From positions 64,001 through 128,000 of the forward strand of contig CAVQJC010000017.1 in assembly GCA_963712745.1 (NCBI GenBank): a DNA stretch of 64,000 bases. Reading direction: 5' to 3'. The notes under the pieces were generated by a model that saw only the letters and a program-made list of their open reading frames with translations, was not told the DNA's origin and ran no database searches. Every line of letters begins with the position of its first letter. Positions within the stretch are counted from its first letter, which is position 1. The stretch is from an uncultured Chloroflexia bacterium (GTDB taxonomy: Bacteria; Chloroflexota; Limnocylindria; Limnocylindrales; CSP1-4). The position numbers were made by a program, and so were the translations under genes. This document shows, in pieces, positions 1 through 9,975 of the stretch.

Positions 1-14
1 CGGAGGAGGCTCGA

Positions 15-788
15 ATGGCGACAGATACCAAGTCAAGGCCGGCGTGGGTCGAGCTGGCGACCGACGACCCGGGGGCAGCGCGCGAGTTCTACCGCCAGCT
101 GCTCGGCTGGGACGTCGTGGTCTCGGACGATCCGCAGTACGGCGGCTACGCCATGGCGCGCCTGTCCGACGGCGAGGGCGATGTGGCCGGTATCACCGCC
201 AAGATGATGCCCGAGGCGCCAACTGCGTGGACCCTCTATATCGGCACCGATGACGCCGCAGCATTAGGCGACGCAGTGCAGGCTGCCGGTGGCACGGTGA
301 TGGCGCCGGCCTTCGATGTGGGCGACATGGGACGGATGGCGGTCTTCGCGGACCCCACCGGTGCGCTGTTCTCGGCCTGGCAGGCAGCCGGGCCGCGCAG
401 CTTCCGTACCGGCGACGTCGGCGCCATGGGCTGGGCCGAACTCAGCTCGCGCGACATCGACAAGGCGAAGGGCTTCTACGGCCAGGTCTTCGGCTGGGCC
501 GCGGAGACCTCCCCGATGGGCGAGGGGCAGCCCGACTACACCACCTTCATGGTCGGGGACGAGGGCATCCTTGGCGGCATGGAGATGATGCCGACGGTGC
601 CCGCCGAGGTGCCGAGCTACTGGATGGTGTATTTCAACGTCCCCGACGTTGACGCCGCGTTCACGAAGGCCATCGAGTTGGGCGCCACTGAAACGGTGGC
701 TCCATCACCCATGCCGGGTGGTCGCTTCGCGATCGTGAACGATCCGCAGGGCGCCATGTTCGGGCTGCTGAAGACCGACCAGGGCTGA
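15..788 (+). CDS. VOC/glyoxalase family protein (tandem domains, CFP32-like)
   Basis: Two VOC repeats: WVELATDD..AREFY..LLGW and WAELSSRD..KGFY..VFGW, DPTGA/DPQGA; GGAGG RBS upstream. Confidence 0.9.
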   Translation: MATDTKSRPAWVELATDDPGAAREFYRQLLGWDVVVSDDPQYGGYAMARLSDGEGDVAGITAKMMPEAPTAWTLYIGTDDAAALGDAVQAAGGTVMAPAFDVGDMGRMAVFADPTGALFSAWQAAGPRSFRTGDVGAMGWAELSSRDIDKAKGFYGQVFGWAAETSPMGEGQPDYTTFMVGDEGILGGMEMMPTVPAEVPSYWMVYFNVPDVDAAFTKAIELGATETVAPSPMPGGRFAIVNDPQGAMFGLLKTDQG

Positions 789-1241
789 CGAGGGCGGTTT
801 CGCCGGTCCGAGGGGACATGACGGCCGTGACACCGCTGCCTCTACTGGATCTCCGGGCCGCCGTAGGAAGTGGAAGCTCCCCCCGGGCTTGCAGCAACGT
901 GGAAGAAGAAGGTCTTCGGCGGAGCGTCCCCCGGGACGACTTGACCCGGGGGACGAGCTACAAGGCTTGACCTTCCCCTGCATCTCGGTGAAGACCTCGT
1001 TCATGCGTGCTTGGCTTCGGCGTCGTGGCGGAGGTGTTCGCCCGCCAGCTGGGCCTCGACCCCGGTCGACGTCGAGCTGGCTTCGGGAGCGGCTGGCTAG
1101 GAGGATGGTGTGAAATAGCCCGTCCACGCGCTTGCGCTACCGGCTGCAAGCGTCGAGTACCCCCGCGCAAGGCCCGTAGCTGCGTGGTCACCCTCGAAGT
1201 GGTCCGTGGCGCCCATCTCAACGCCCTGTGATGCCCCCGCC

Positions 1242-1485
1242 TCAGCGCCGCCGCTGGCTCAACCCCTTGCGCGCGTTGCAGCTCGGGCCGAGCACGCCGG
1301 GCTGGGTGGGCAGCGGCTCACCACCGAGGACGAGCGGCACCGGATGGTCGGCCGCGAGCTCGCCGGGCCGCACCGGATGGGGCGGGTGGTGCCGCCCGGG
1401 GACGTCCAGCCGTGGACCGCGACGTGCGCCTCGACCGTCCGCTTCGCAGGACGTCGCCAGGCGGACGTCCGTCGCACGGCACCAT
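1242..1485 (-). pseudogene. HNH endonuclease, copy A (frameshifted; first Cys of CxxC changed to Gly)
   Basis: Reads ..ELAADHPVPLVLGGEPLPTQPGVLGPSCNARKGLSQRRR*; WRRPAKRTVEAHVAVHGWT lies in another frame; near-identical to copies at 5220, 8862 and 9976. Confidence 0.8.
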
Positions 1486-1489
1486 CACC

Positions 1490-1760
1490 GGCTGCACCGT
1501 GGCTGCGCCCGGCACCACCACCCCCTGGGGTGACGGCCAGCAGATCCGCGACCGGGTCGAGGAGTGCACCTTCGTGGAGGGCCCGGAGTCGGGCTGGGCC
1601 TTCGGTGACCCGCGACTCGCGGGGACGAGCACGAACCGCATCGACATCGACATCACCTCCGGTATGGAGGGGATGTTCGATCTGCTCCATGCGCCCTGGG
1701 CCGTGCGCTGGGGGACCATGGAGATCGCAGGGCCGGATGGGGCCTGGGTCGGTCCATGGG
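1490..1760 (+). pseudogene. Orphan fragment resembling the extracytoplasmic domain of the anti-sigma-like proteins
   Basis: GDPRLAG...WGTMEIAGPDGAWVGPW resembles SDDRLDG/ENDEGAW (4234 ORF) and NDPRMGG/ANDGGTW (57416 ORF); no start codon or N-terminus. Confidence 0.5.
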
Positions 1761-1761
1761 T

Positions 1762-2201
1762 CGCGCCGGTTCTTCCAAGACAGCGACGGGGTGCGCGAGA
1801 TCATCGCCGCCAACGAGGGTGCCGTCGGCCCGGAGTTCCAGTTCATCCCTGCCGACTACACGGACCCCTTGCCGCTCGAAGCCGAGAGTTACGATCTGCT
1901 GCTGTCACTCTACGCCGGCCCGGTGTCGCGGTAGTGCACGGGTTATCTCCGCATCGGGGGGATGCTGCTGGCGAACCCCAGCCATGGCGACGTGGCCCTC
2001 GCGTCGGTCGATCCTCACTACGAGCTCACCGGCGTCATCAGTTACCTGCATGGTGGATACCGCTATACGAGCGGTGAGCTCGAGACCTACCTGGTCCCGA
2101 GGATGCTGGTCGAGGACATCGCCGAGCTGGTCGAACGCACGGGCCGTGGCATCGCGTACACGAGGTCCCCGTTCGCCTACCTCTTCCGTCGCGTGCGCTG
2201 A
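1762..2201 (+). pseudogene. Class I SAM-methyltransferase-like protein, 5'-truncated with internal TAG at 1932
   Basis: ADYTDPLPLEAESYDLLLSLYAGPVSR*CTGYLRIGGMLLANPSHGD continues in frame across the stop. Confidence 0.65.
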
Positions 2202-2367
2202 CCGAGCCACCCCGATGGACATCGCGCCACGCCGGCGCCCCGTCGCGCCCGTGCGCGAGGTGGGCATGTTGCGGTGCCAGCGACCTTCGGAGCAGCCCAG
2301 CCGCAAGGATCGACGCCCGGTGCCCCTCGGCGCGAAAGGGGCTCCAGCGCTCTGTGGCGGCCCTGTC

Positions 2368-3408
2368 TCAGGGGCCGGTCTCGCCAGGCACTGCCAGCTG
2401 GGCCAGGGTCCCGATGAGCCGGGCCGTGACGAAGGGGCTGCCACGCCGCGTGCTGCGCCGCTCGAATGCCGGCATATCAGGCGGGGGGAAGGACGCGCGC
2501 AGCGGCCACGACCCATCGGGTGATTGGGTCCTCGCGAGGCGCTCGATGGCCGGCTGCACGCGCTCGTCCGCGAGGCCCGGCATAGCCACCAGGTCGAGGA
2601 CCTCAAGGAGGTCCGTGTGCCAGTCGAGCGGGAAGGCGGGCTCGAGCCACCGTTCCGCCTGGGCACGTGTGCCGCCGAGGGACATGACCGTCCCGTCGCG
2701 GCGATACAGCAGTCGACGCTCGAGGAACACCTCGCGGACCGCGTCGAGCATCTCGGTGGCTCGCTGGTCGGCTGACCGCTCGAGCCAGCGGCGGAGAGCG
2801 TGGCCGACCTTGACCAGGCCGATGAGGCAGGTGGTACCGGCCATGCACCCGCCGTAGCGGGTACGCAGCCGCTCGTCCCACAGCACCGTCGCCTCATGCC
2901 GCCGTGACCGGCCTCCGGCCCGCACCTCCTGGTGGCGCAGGATCCACTCGACCTGGGGCTCGGCGAGGTCGGCACGTCCCCCGCGCAGGTACGTCTCCCC
3001 CGCGATGCCCACGTAGCAGCTGAGCACGCCGCCATCGCTGCCATCGACCGAGAAGACCCCCGCGCCGGTATGAGCTCGATCGGCAAGGAAGCCGGCACCG
3101 GCGCGCCAGCCATCATCGCCGTCGTCGATCCCGAGCTCAGCCAGCAACTTGACCACCCAGAGCGTCGGGAGGATGCGCGACCGGGCCTCGGGAGGCTGGC
3201 CCCAGCTGCCATCGGGACGCTGGCGTGCGAACGCTTCCTCGACGGTGGCCGAACCGACGACGCGCGCCCACGCGCTGGCGATGTCCTCGGGTCCGCCACC
3301 GTCGAGTCGCGCGACGAGGAGCGCGGTGCGTGGGTCGGGGTGCTCGCGCAGCCACGTGCGTGCGGCTTCGAGCCGTGGCCAGGTCATGCCTCCCATGTCC
3401 GGCATCAT
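2368..3408 (-). CDS. Prenyltransferase/squalene-oxidase repeat protein
   Basis: QW-like repeats RQRPDGSW and TQSPDGSW; FPLDWHTDLLEVL; start codon uncertain (3408 or 3387). Confidence 0.7.
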   Translation of the reverse strand: MMPDMGGMTWPRLEAARTWLREHPDPRTALLVARLDGGGPEDIASAWARVVGSATVEEAFARQRPDGSWGQPPEARSRILPTLWVVKLLAELGIDDGDDGWRAGAGFLADRAHTGAGVFSVDGSDGGVLSCYVGIAGETYLRGGRADLAEPQVEWILRHQEVRAGGRSRRHEATVLWDERLRTRYGGCMAGTTCLIGLVKVGHALRRWLERSADQRATEMLDAVREVFLERRLLYRRDGTVMSLGGTRAQAERWLEPAFPLDWHTDLLEVLDLVAMPGLADERVQPAIERLARTQSPDGSWPLRASFPPPDMPAFERRSTRRGSPFVTARLIGTLAQLAVPGETGP

Positions 3409-3467
3409 CGGTCCCCCCTGCAGCTCGCGTGACCGAGTTTCGCCGATATTGACCAGAATCGGGAATT

Positions 3468-3531
3468 CTCGGCCGCGTGCGTAACACGCTACGGGGTCCC
3501 CGGGCGCCCACGTCAGCGCCATGTGGGTACC
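3468..3531. repeat. Dispersed ~65-bp cos-like element, copy 1
   Basis: The 34 bp ccccgggcgcccacgtcagcgccatgtgggtacc (3498-3531) are identical to 22970-23003, with a similar ctcggccgcg..cacgct.cggggt flank; the cos-like reading is inference. Confidence 0.75.
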
Positions 3532-3676
3532 CTGGGTCAGCGCCCATTGCGAAGCCCAGGCCAGCGCCCGCGTCAGCGCCAGCCGGGTTGTCGACGAAAT
3601 CGGAAGGAACGGCTGGGCACTCTGCACCGTAGTGTATGAAGGCGCCCACCAAGGCGGCGCCACCAGCGGAGTCAGA

Positions 3677-4237
3677 GTGGACACCGACCTCGTCCGCAGT
3701 GCGATGCGGGGGGACGAGCGGGCCTTCACCGAGATCGTGAACAGCGTGGCCGACCGCTTCCTCGGCGTGGCCCACCGCATCCTGCGGGACGTCGCGCTGG
3801 CCGAAGACGCGGTCCAGCAGACCCTGCTCAGCGCATGGCGAGACCTGCCTGACCTTCGCGATCCGGCGAGCTTCGACGGCTGGGCCTACCGCATCCTGGT
3901 CCACGCCTGCTACATGGAGGCACGCAAGCGCAAGCGCTGGCATCCAGCGACGATCGTCCGGTCGATCGCGGAGCCGGCCGCCCCGGACCTCATCGGCGGC
4001 ATCATCGAACGGGAGCGATTGGAGCGGGCCTTCGAGCGTCTGTCGGTCGATCACCGCGCGGTGCTGGTCCTCACCTACTACCTGGACCTGCCATCCGAGC
4101 AGGTCGCCCAAGCCCTCGACGTCCCGGTCGGGACGGTCCACTCCCGGCTCCACCGAGCCCAGCAGGCGCTCCGTGGTGCCCTCGAGGCGGACGGGCGTGT
4201 GCTACCGGCAACACCCACGACACAGGCGATCGAATGA
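3677..4237 (+). CDS. ECF-family RNA polymerase sigma factor
   Basis: GDERAF, AEDAVQQT..AWRDL, FDGWAYRI, region 4 VPVGTVHSRLHRA; GGAG before GTG. Confidence 0.92.
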   Translation: MDTDLVRSAMRGDERAFTEIVNSVADRFLGVAHRILRDVALAEDAVQQTLLSAWRDLPDLRDPASFDGWAYRILVHACYMEARKRKRWHPATIVRSIAEPAAPDLIGGIIERERLERAFERLSVDHRAVLVLTYYLDLPSEQVAQALDVPVGTVHSRLHRAQQALRGALEADGRVLPATPTTQAIE

Positions 4238-5067
4238 ATGACCAGCACATGACCGACAAGGAGATGGACGCGGTGCTGCGGACGTGGACGCCTGACGCGC
4301 CCACCGGGCATCCCGACCGCAGCCGCGTCGTCGGCAACGTCGTTCGCCAGCTTCACTCGACACGCCGACGCCGACGCCGCTGGTGGCTGACCGTGGCGTT
4401 CCGAGGAATGGCCGGCGCCCCCAAGGACGCCGAGAGGCATCACGACCCAGCCAGTCCCGTCCCGGCCACGGGCGGCCACACCCCCACCGTCATCGGGAGG
4501 ACCCAGTCCATGCTCAGCCCAGTCAAGGCCATCACCGCTGGTGCTCTCGTCTTCGCCATCGGAGGCGTGATGCTCATCGCCCAGCCATTCGACCGACCGT
4601 CGGTCGTCCCCGGCGCTGCTACTGACGACTCGCCCGCCGCTCCGGTGGCCGTGACCGCCACCAGCTACGCGGGGGGCTGCCCGGGCGTCGAGACGACCGA
4701 GACCATCGGCATCATCGAGCGCACCACCGGTGGCTACTGCAACCCCACGTGGGACTGGAGCGATGACCGGCTCGACGGCAAGGTGACCTGGGCGTCGAAC
4801 AGCGACGTCTACACCGACGGAAGCGGCCTGACCATCGAGATGCTCGCCCTGAGCTTCGAGAACGACGAGGGTGCCTGGCGCATGCGCCCGCTGCCATTCC
4901 TCGGGTTTCCGGATGCCCTGGAGACCGGCCCCGACGTCTGGATCCTGGACGGTGAGAGCGCCTACGAGGGGCTCACCGCCGTCCTCGTGGTCGACGGCTA
5001 CACTCCCCACGGCTTCATCATCGACAGCGATCTGCCGCCCGTGCCGGATAACGCCTCTACGAAGTAG
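4234..5067 (+). CDS. Putative membrane-anchored anti-sigma factor
   Basis: ATGA overlap with the ECF gene; short cytoplasmic N-terminus, RRRRWW, one TM (AITAGALVFAIGGVMLIA) and an acidic extracellular domain; paralog at 57416. Confidence 0.7.
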   Translation: MNDQHMTDKEMDAVLRTWTPDAPTGHPDRSRVVGNVVRQLHSTRRRRRRWWLTVAFRGMAGAPKDAERHHDPASPVPATGGHTPTVIGRTQSMLSPVKAITAGALVFAIGGVMLIAQPFDRPSVVPGAATDDSPAAPVAVTATSYAGGCPGVETTETIGIIERTTGGYCNPTWDWSDDRLDGKVTWASNSDVYTDGSGLTIEMLALSFENDEGAWRMRPLPFLGFPDALETGPDVWILDGESAYEGLTAVLVVDGYTPHGFIIDSDLPPVPDNASTK

Positions 5068-5111
5068 CGCCTGATCGACCTTCGGGCCCCGCCCTGCCAC
5101 GGTCGACTGCG

Positions 5112-5137
5112 AGGCCCGTCCCGCGAGGGGCGGGCCT
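5112..5137 (+). terminator. Repeated GC hairpin AGGCCCGTCCC-N4-GGGGCGGGCCT, copy 1
   Basis: 11-bp stem with a G-U wobble and GCGA loop, 45 nt after a stop codon, followed by CTT. Confidence 0.65.
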
Positions 5138-5219
5138 CTTCCCTGCCTGACGTGATTCCGAGGAGGCTCGGCGCTCCACCGGGGCTCCACCGTAGACGAG
5201 CCACATGAGTTCCTTCGCC

Positions 5220-5501
5220 TCAGCGCCGCCGCTGGCTCAACCCCTTCCGCGCGTTGCAGCTCGAGCAGAGCACGCCCGGCCGAGCCGGCAGCGGCTCGCC
5301 ACCGAGGACGAGCGGCAGCGGATGGTCGGCCGTGGGCTCGCCGGGTCGCACCGGATGGGGCTCCCGATGCCAGCCAGGACAGGTCCAGCCCTCGCGCGCG
5401 ACATGAGCCTCGACCGTCCGCTTCGCCAGACGACGCCAAGCTCTCGTGCGTCGGATCGGATGGTCGGGTGTCCGCCGGAAGCGGTTGGCGAAGCCCGGCA
5501 C
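5220..5501 (-). CDS. Small HNH endonuclease, copy B (apparently intact, 93 aa)
   Basis: GTG start with GGAG 5 nt upstream; WRRLAKR..WTCPGW..ADHPLPLVLGG..LCSSCNARKG. Confidence 0.75.
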   Translation of the reverse strand: MPGFANRFRRTPDHPIRRTRAWRRLAKRTVEAHVAREGWTCPGWHREPHPVRPGEPTADHPLPLVLGGEPLPARPGVLCSSCNARKGLSQRRR

Positions 5502-5948
5502 CCGGACTCCGCCACGGGGGTACCGCCGGTTTCGCAGCCTCGAACTCGGCGCAGGCATCAACATGGCCGTGGCCCCGACGTGGCCCGTCAGGCTGCGGTC
5601 ACACGCGGCGCAGACGAGCAGCGTCGAGAGGGCGAACATGCGCCTCGACACCGGCCTCGATGCCGGCGCCAGCACTTGGCCCGGACGGCCGCCAACGTGT
5701 CCCAGAGCGATGCGACACCGCTGGCTCTGGAGGAGTAGCTCGCGGGCCCGCGGCATGGACGCCATCGTCGGCATCGGCGACAGACGCGGTCCACGGAGGC
5801 CGTACTTCTGCCGGCAGGACATGGCCCACTGGTTCGATGGTGGTCGGTGTGGGGTGGTTGGGTAGGCTGCGCTCCAGCCCGCCGAAGATGCGGGTGCGTA
5901 GGCCCCAGCCTGCGCCAGGACACACATCGTTTCGCATGGGGTAGCTCG

Positions 5949-8111
5949 ATGACCGGCACTGCGGCCGCGCAGGAGGCGCAAGAGGGGCTGTTCGAGCGTC
6001 GTGGCCGCGAAGTCGTGTTCGTGCCGCTTAACGGCAACCAAGTGCGGCTGCTGATTACGAGCGCGGCCATCCTCTTCGTCGAGCTGTTGCTCATCCGCTG
6101 GATCACGGCCAACGTCGTCTTCGTCGGCTTCTTCAGCAACTTCCTGCTGATGGCCAGCTTCCTGGGCATCGGGTTGGGCATCCTGCGCGGCCGCAACGGG
6201 CGTCGCGTCCCCATCCTCCCGTTCGCCATCCTCTTGCTCATCGTGGTCCAGCTGGTCTACGGCGCGCAGCTGAATGTCCAGATCCGCTCCAGCGACGAGA
6301 TCTTCTTCGGCCTCGCGGAGAACGACTCCGCCGACGTGAACTTCCTGACCCTGCCGATGCTGGTGGTGCTGGTGACTCTCCTGCTGGCGGCGCTCGCCCT
6401 GCCCTTGGGGCCGCTCCTCCGGTCGATGCCGCCACTGCAGGCCTACGCCACCGACATCGCTGGATCGCTCATCGGTATCGCGCTGTTCGTCCTCCTCAGC
6501 GCCTCGGGGACCGATCCGCTCATCTGGTTCGGCGTGGCCGTCGTGCTCGTCGTGCTCATGGAGCTGGGAAGTGGCTTCAACATCTGGAGTGCTCCGAGCG
6601 TCGTCGCCCTTGGCTTGGTGCTCTTCTTCGTGAACGGGTACCTCGGCCCGGTCGATGCGCGCCACGACACCTACTCGCCGTACTACCGAGTCACCAGCGT
6701 CGTTACTCCGGACGGCACGCGCCATCTCCTGGTGAACGGCGTCCCACACCAGGCGCTGCATGCCGTCGATGGCACGACCAGGGAGCCGTTCTACGAACAG
6801 GTCTATGACTGGTTCCCCGAGCGGACGTATGACGATGTGCTGGTCATCGGTGCGGGCAGCGGTTCCGATGTGGCCCTGGCGCTGGACCGGGGTGCCCAGG
6901 CGGTCGACGCGGTGGAGATCGACCCGGTCATCCAGGCCATCGGCGTGGATGACCATCCGGACCGGCCATATGACGACCCCCGGGTCACGCGCATCGTGGC
7001 GGACGGCCGGGCGCACCTGGCCAACACCGATCGCACGTACGACCTCATCGTCTTTGCCCTGCCGGACTCGCTGACGCTGGTGAGCACCCAGGCCAACGTG
7101 CGACTCGAGTCCTTCCTCTTCACCATGCAGGCCTTCGCGGCTGCGCGCGACCACCTCTCCGATGACGGCCTGTTCGTGCTCTACAACTACTACCGCGAGC
7201 CGTGGCTGATCGAGAAGCTGGCAAACATGCTGGAGGAGTCCTTCGGCCACGAGCCCGTCGTTCGGCTCTACGAAGACACGGCCGCCGCCTTGGCGGCCGG
7301 CCCTGCCGTGGCCGCCCTCGCGGGAGGCCCGCCGCCCGGCGATGGTGTGGATGCCATCCCGGTGATAGCCGGCGCGACACCCACCCTTGCCACCGATGAC
7401 TGGCCCTTTCTGTACCTCCGTTCGCCCACGATCGCGCCCTACTACCTGGTGGCGCTGGCCATCGTCCTCGGCTTCGCCGCGCTGACCGTGACCGCTGCCG
7501 CCAAGCTCTCCGACACGTCGATCAGGCGCTTCAGCCCGCACTTCTTCGTGCTGGGCGTGGCCTTCCTCCTGCTCGAGACCCGCTCGCTGGTGAGCTTCAG
7601 CCTGCTCTTCGGCACGACCTGGCTGGTCAACGCGCTGGCGTTCTTCGGAATCCTCAGCAGCGTCCTGCTGGCCATCCTCATCAACTACCGCTTCCCCATC
7701 CGCCGGTCCTGGCCGTACTACGCGGGGCTCTTCGCTTCGCTCGCGCTGGCCTATCTCGTCCCGCCCGAGTCGCTGCTGCTGGAGCAGGCCTGGCTGCGCT
7801 ACACGCTGGCCGCGGCCCTGGCCTTTGCACCGGTATTCTTCGCCAACCTCGTGTTCACCTACTCGTTCCGTGACACGCGGTCCGCGGACATGGCCTTCGC
7901 CAGCAACCTGCTGGGCGCCATGGTCGGCGGCGCGCTGGAGTATCTGGCCCTTATCAGCGGCTACCAATCGTTGCTGCTGCTGGTAGCCGTGCTCTACGGC
8001 CTGGCCTACCTGCTCTCGAGTCGCTGGCGCACACTGGCGGACAAGGAGCTGGAAGACGAGCGCGCGTCCGATGCGCGCGCAGTGGGGGAGGTCGCCGTCG
8101 CGACCGGGTAG
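5949..8111 (+). CDS. Membrane-fused spermidine synthase-like SAM-dependent transferase
   Basis: N- and C-terminal TM bundles; VLVIGAGSGSD, AVEIDP, VADGR, YDLIVFALPDS, TDDWPF. Confidence 0.85.
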   Translation: MTGTAAAQEAQEGLFERRGREVVFVPLNGNQVRLLITSAAILFVELLLIRWITANVVFVGFFSNFLLMASFLGIGLGILRGRNGRRVPILPFAILLLIVVQLVYGAQLNVQIRSSDEIFFGLAENDSADVNFLTLPMLVVLVTLLLAALALPLGPLLRSMPPLQAYATDIAGSLIGIALFVLLSASGTDPLIWFGVAVVLVVLMELGSGFNIWSAPSVVALGLVLFFVNGYLGPVDARHDTYSPYYRVTSVVTPDGTRHLLVNGVPHQALHAVDGTTREPFYEQVYDWFPERTYDDVLVIGAGSGSDVALALDRGAQAVDAVEIDPVIQAIGVDDHPDRPYDDPRVTRIVADGRAHLANTDRTYDLIVFALPDSLTLVSTQANVRLESFLFTMQAFAAARDHLSDDGLFVLYNYYREPWLIEKLANMLEESFGHEPVVRLYEDTAAALAAGPAVAALAGGPPPGDGVDAIPVIAGATPTLATDDWPFLYLRSPTIAPYYLVALAIVLGFAALTVTAAAKLSDTSIRRFSPHFFVLGVAFLLLETRSLVSFSLLFGTTWLVNALAFFGILSSVLLAILINYRFPIRRSWPYYAGLFASLALAYLVPPESLLLEQAWLRYTLAAALAFAPVFFANLVFTYSFRDTRSADMAFASNLLGAMVGGALEYLALISGYQSLLLLVAVLYGLAYLLSSRWRTLADKELEDERASDARAVGEVAVATG

Positions 8112-8329
8112 CGCGCGGCCGGCGCGTTTCCCTAGTAGGGCAACTCGTCGACCGCCTGCTGGTGCTGCTCGACCGACCGGCCCGCATCAAATATGGCAGC
8201 CAGATGGACTTCGCGCGAGCGTACCCGGAGGGTGTCGGCTACTCGCTTGGTGTTGACGAGGCGCCCTGATGCTTACCATGCGTTGTCGGCAACGAACGAC
8301 CTCCCCATCGGGATCGTCCCGGAGCTCGA

Positions 8330-8490
8330 ATGGATGACGGCGTCGAGTTCCTCATCCGCGGATCGCTCATCGGCCTGGCCGGTGCGGCCCTCATGGATAT
8401 CTGTGGCCTCCTGCTCCGACGCGGCTTCGGCGCGCCGACCCTCGACTACGCGCTGCTGGGGCGCTGGGTCGGACACTTCCCCAAGGTCGT
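8330..8490 (+). pseudogene. DUF2938-like membrane protein, N-terminal fragment
   Basis: LIGLAGAALMDI..LLRRGFG..TLDYALLGRWVGH, then an abrupt break. Confidence 0.65.
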
Positions 8491-8499
8491 TTCTTCCAT

Positions 8500-8742
8500 G
8501 ACCGCGGGAACGACATCCATGACAACAGCATCGGCGTGACCGTCAGCGGAGCGTCGCCCATCCTTGAGGGCAACACCAGCGGGTCGAACCAGGTGGGCCT
8601 TGAGGTCTCGGGTGCCACCTCGGACCTGGCGCTCTCCGGCAACGTCATCTGCGACAACGAGACCAACGTGAACCTCGTCTGCGGCGCCGAGCTGTCCGAC
8701 ACGACCGGCAACGAGATCTGCGAGGACACACCCGCTGAGTAG
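8500..8742 (+). pseudogene. Right-handed beta-helix (NosD-like) C-terminal fragment
   Basis: GNDIHDNSIGVTVSGASPILEGN..LSGNVICDN..GNEICEDTPAE*; no N-terminus. Confidence 0.6.
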
Positions 8743-8861
8743 TCCTCCGCCGATGGCAGGCCTTGGGGCCGTGACGATCCGGAACCGGCTCGCCCGGGTC
8801 GACCTCGTGTCGGCTCGGGCATTGCCGCTCGAGCGTGTGGAGGCACGAGGCCATCACGTCA

Positions 8862-9203
8862 TCATCGCCGCGTTTGACTCGGCCCCTTGCGGGCGTTGCA
8901 GCTCGCGCAGGGCACGCCGGGTCTCGCCGACAGCGGCTCGCCACCGAGGGCCAGCGGCACCGGATGGTCGGCGGCCAGCTCGCCCTGTCGCACCGCGTGG
9001 GACTCGCGATGCCAGCCCGGACACGTCCAGCCGTGGACTGCGACATGCGCTTCGACCGTCCGCCTCGCCAGCCGGCGCCAGACGCTGGTGCGTCGCACCG
9101 GATGGTCGGGCGTCCGCCGGAAGCGGTTGGCCAAGCCGGGTCGACCGCAGCGCCGTGGCCCCACAGGCTCGGCGTTGACCTGGCCCGGCCGCAGGTCCAA
9201 CAT
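8862..9203 (-). CDS. Small HNH endonuclease, copy C (open frame)
   Basis: ANRFRRTPDHPVRRTSVWRRLARR..WTCPGW..ADHPVPLALGG..CASCNARKG; start codon uncertain. Confidence 0.7.
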   Translation of the reverse strand: MLDLRPGQVNAEPVGPRRCGRPGLANRFRRTPDHPVRRTSVWRRLARRTVEAHVAVHGWTCPGWHRESHAVRQGELAADHPVPLALGGEPLSARPGVPCASCNARKGPSQTRR

Positions 9204-9250
9204 GGCCCGATTCCACTGTCAGGATCGCTTTGGAGGAGCGCCCGAGATCG

Positions 9251-9934
9251 ATGGACCGGAACGATCCCGCCTACGGCGGCCAGCGCGAGTACAGCCCGCT
9301 CTTCCTCAAGATCTATGACCCGGTGATCCTGGGCTTCTTCACGCGGGTCATGTGGCGCTGCCCGGCCAGCCGACTGGTCGAGCGATACCAGCGATATGCC
9401 CGCCCTCCGCACCTCGACGTGGGGCCGGGCACTGGCTACTTCCTCGAACGAGCGGGTCTGCCGGAGGGCAGCCCGGTCACGATCCTCGACCCGAACCGAA
9501 ACGTCCTCGACCACGCATCCCGGCGGCTGCGGCGACTGGACCTCACGGCCGTGGAGGCCGATGTCCTGAAGCCGCTGCCACTCGACGGGCCGTTCGACTC
9601 CGCCGCCTTGAACGGCGTGATCCATTGCCTGCCAGGACCGCTCTCTCGGAAGGCCGATGCCGTGGCCAACGTGGCGGCCGTACTGGCACCGACTGGTGTC
9701 CTCTTCGGGGCATCGATCCTCGGCACCTCGGGGCAGCACACCTGGTTGTCCCGCAGCGCCCTCAAGTCCAACAACCGGCGAGGCGTCTTCGACAACCTCG
9801 ACGACACCGAAGAGGGGTTGGCCGAGGTCCTCGGGCAGTCGTTCGGACACGTGGAGCTGGAGATCATCGGCGCGATGGCGGTCTTCGCGGCGACGGATCC
9901 GAGCGGCCACTCGACGAGAGTCGCGACACCATAG
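9251..9934 (+). CDS. Class I SAM-dependent methyltransferase
   Basis: HLDVGPGTG motif I, ILDPN, FDSAALN..HCLPG. Confidence 0.88.
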   Translation: MDRNDPAYGGQREYSPLFLKIYDPVILGFFTRVMWRCPASRLVERYQRYARPPHLDVGPGTGYFLERAGLPEGSPVTILDPNRNVLDHASRRLRRLDLTAVEADVLKPLPLDGPFDSAALNGVIHCLPGPLSRKADAVANVAAVLAPTGVLFGASILGTSGQHTWLSRSALKSNNRRGVFDNLDDTEEGLAEVLGQSFGHVELEIIGAMAVFAATDPSGHSTRVATP

Positions 9935-9975
9935 CGACGCCCGATCCGCTCGCCGTCATTGCGTTCGCCTTCGCC

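Noticed and set aside
790-1090. Possible structured ncRNA after the VOC gene
   Set aside because: The minus strand reads as a frameshifted coding remnant (MNEVFTEMQGKVKP..KTFFFHV), and no known RNA motif was recognised
1932-1934. In-frame TAGs (also 16477 and 16860) as possible pyrrolysine or recoding
   Set aside because: All occur in otherwise degraded fragments, and many intact genes here end in TAG
5502-7967. 915-aa minus-strand ORF and similar long antisense ORFs (e.g. 39757-41271, 45289-46869, 51001-52284)
   Set aside because: Shadow ORFs of high-GC genes; only the last 93 codons of the 915-aa ORF (the HNH) look real
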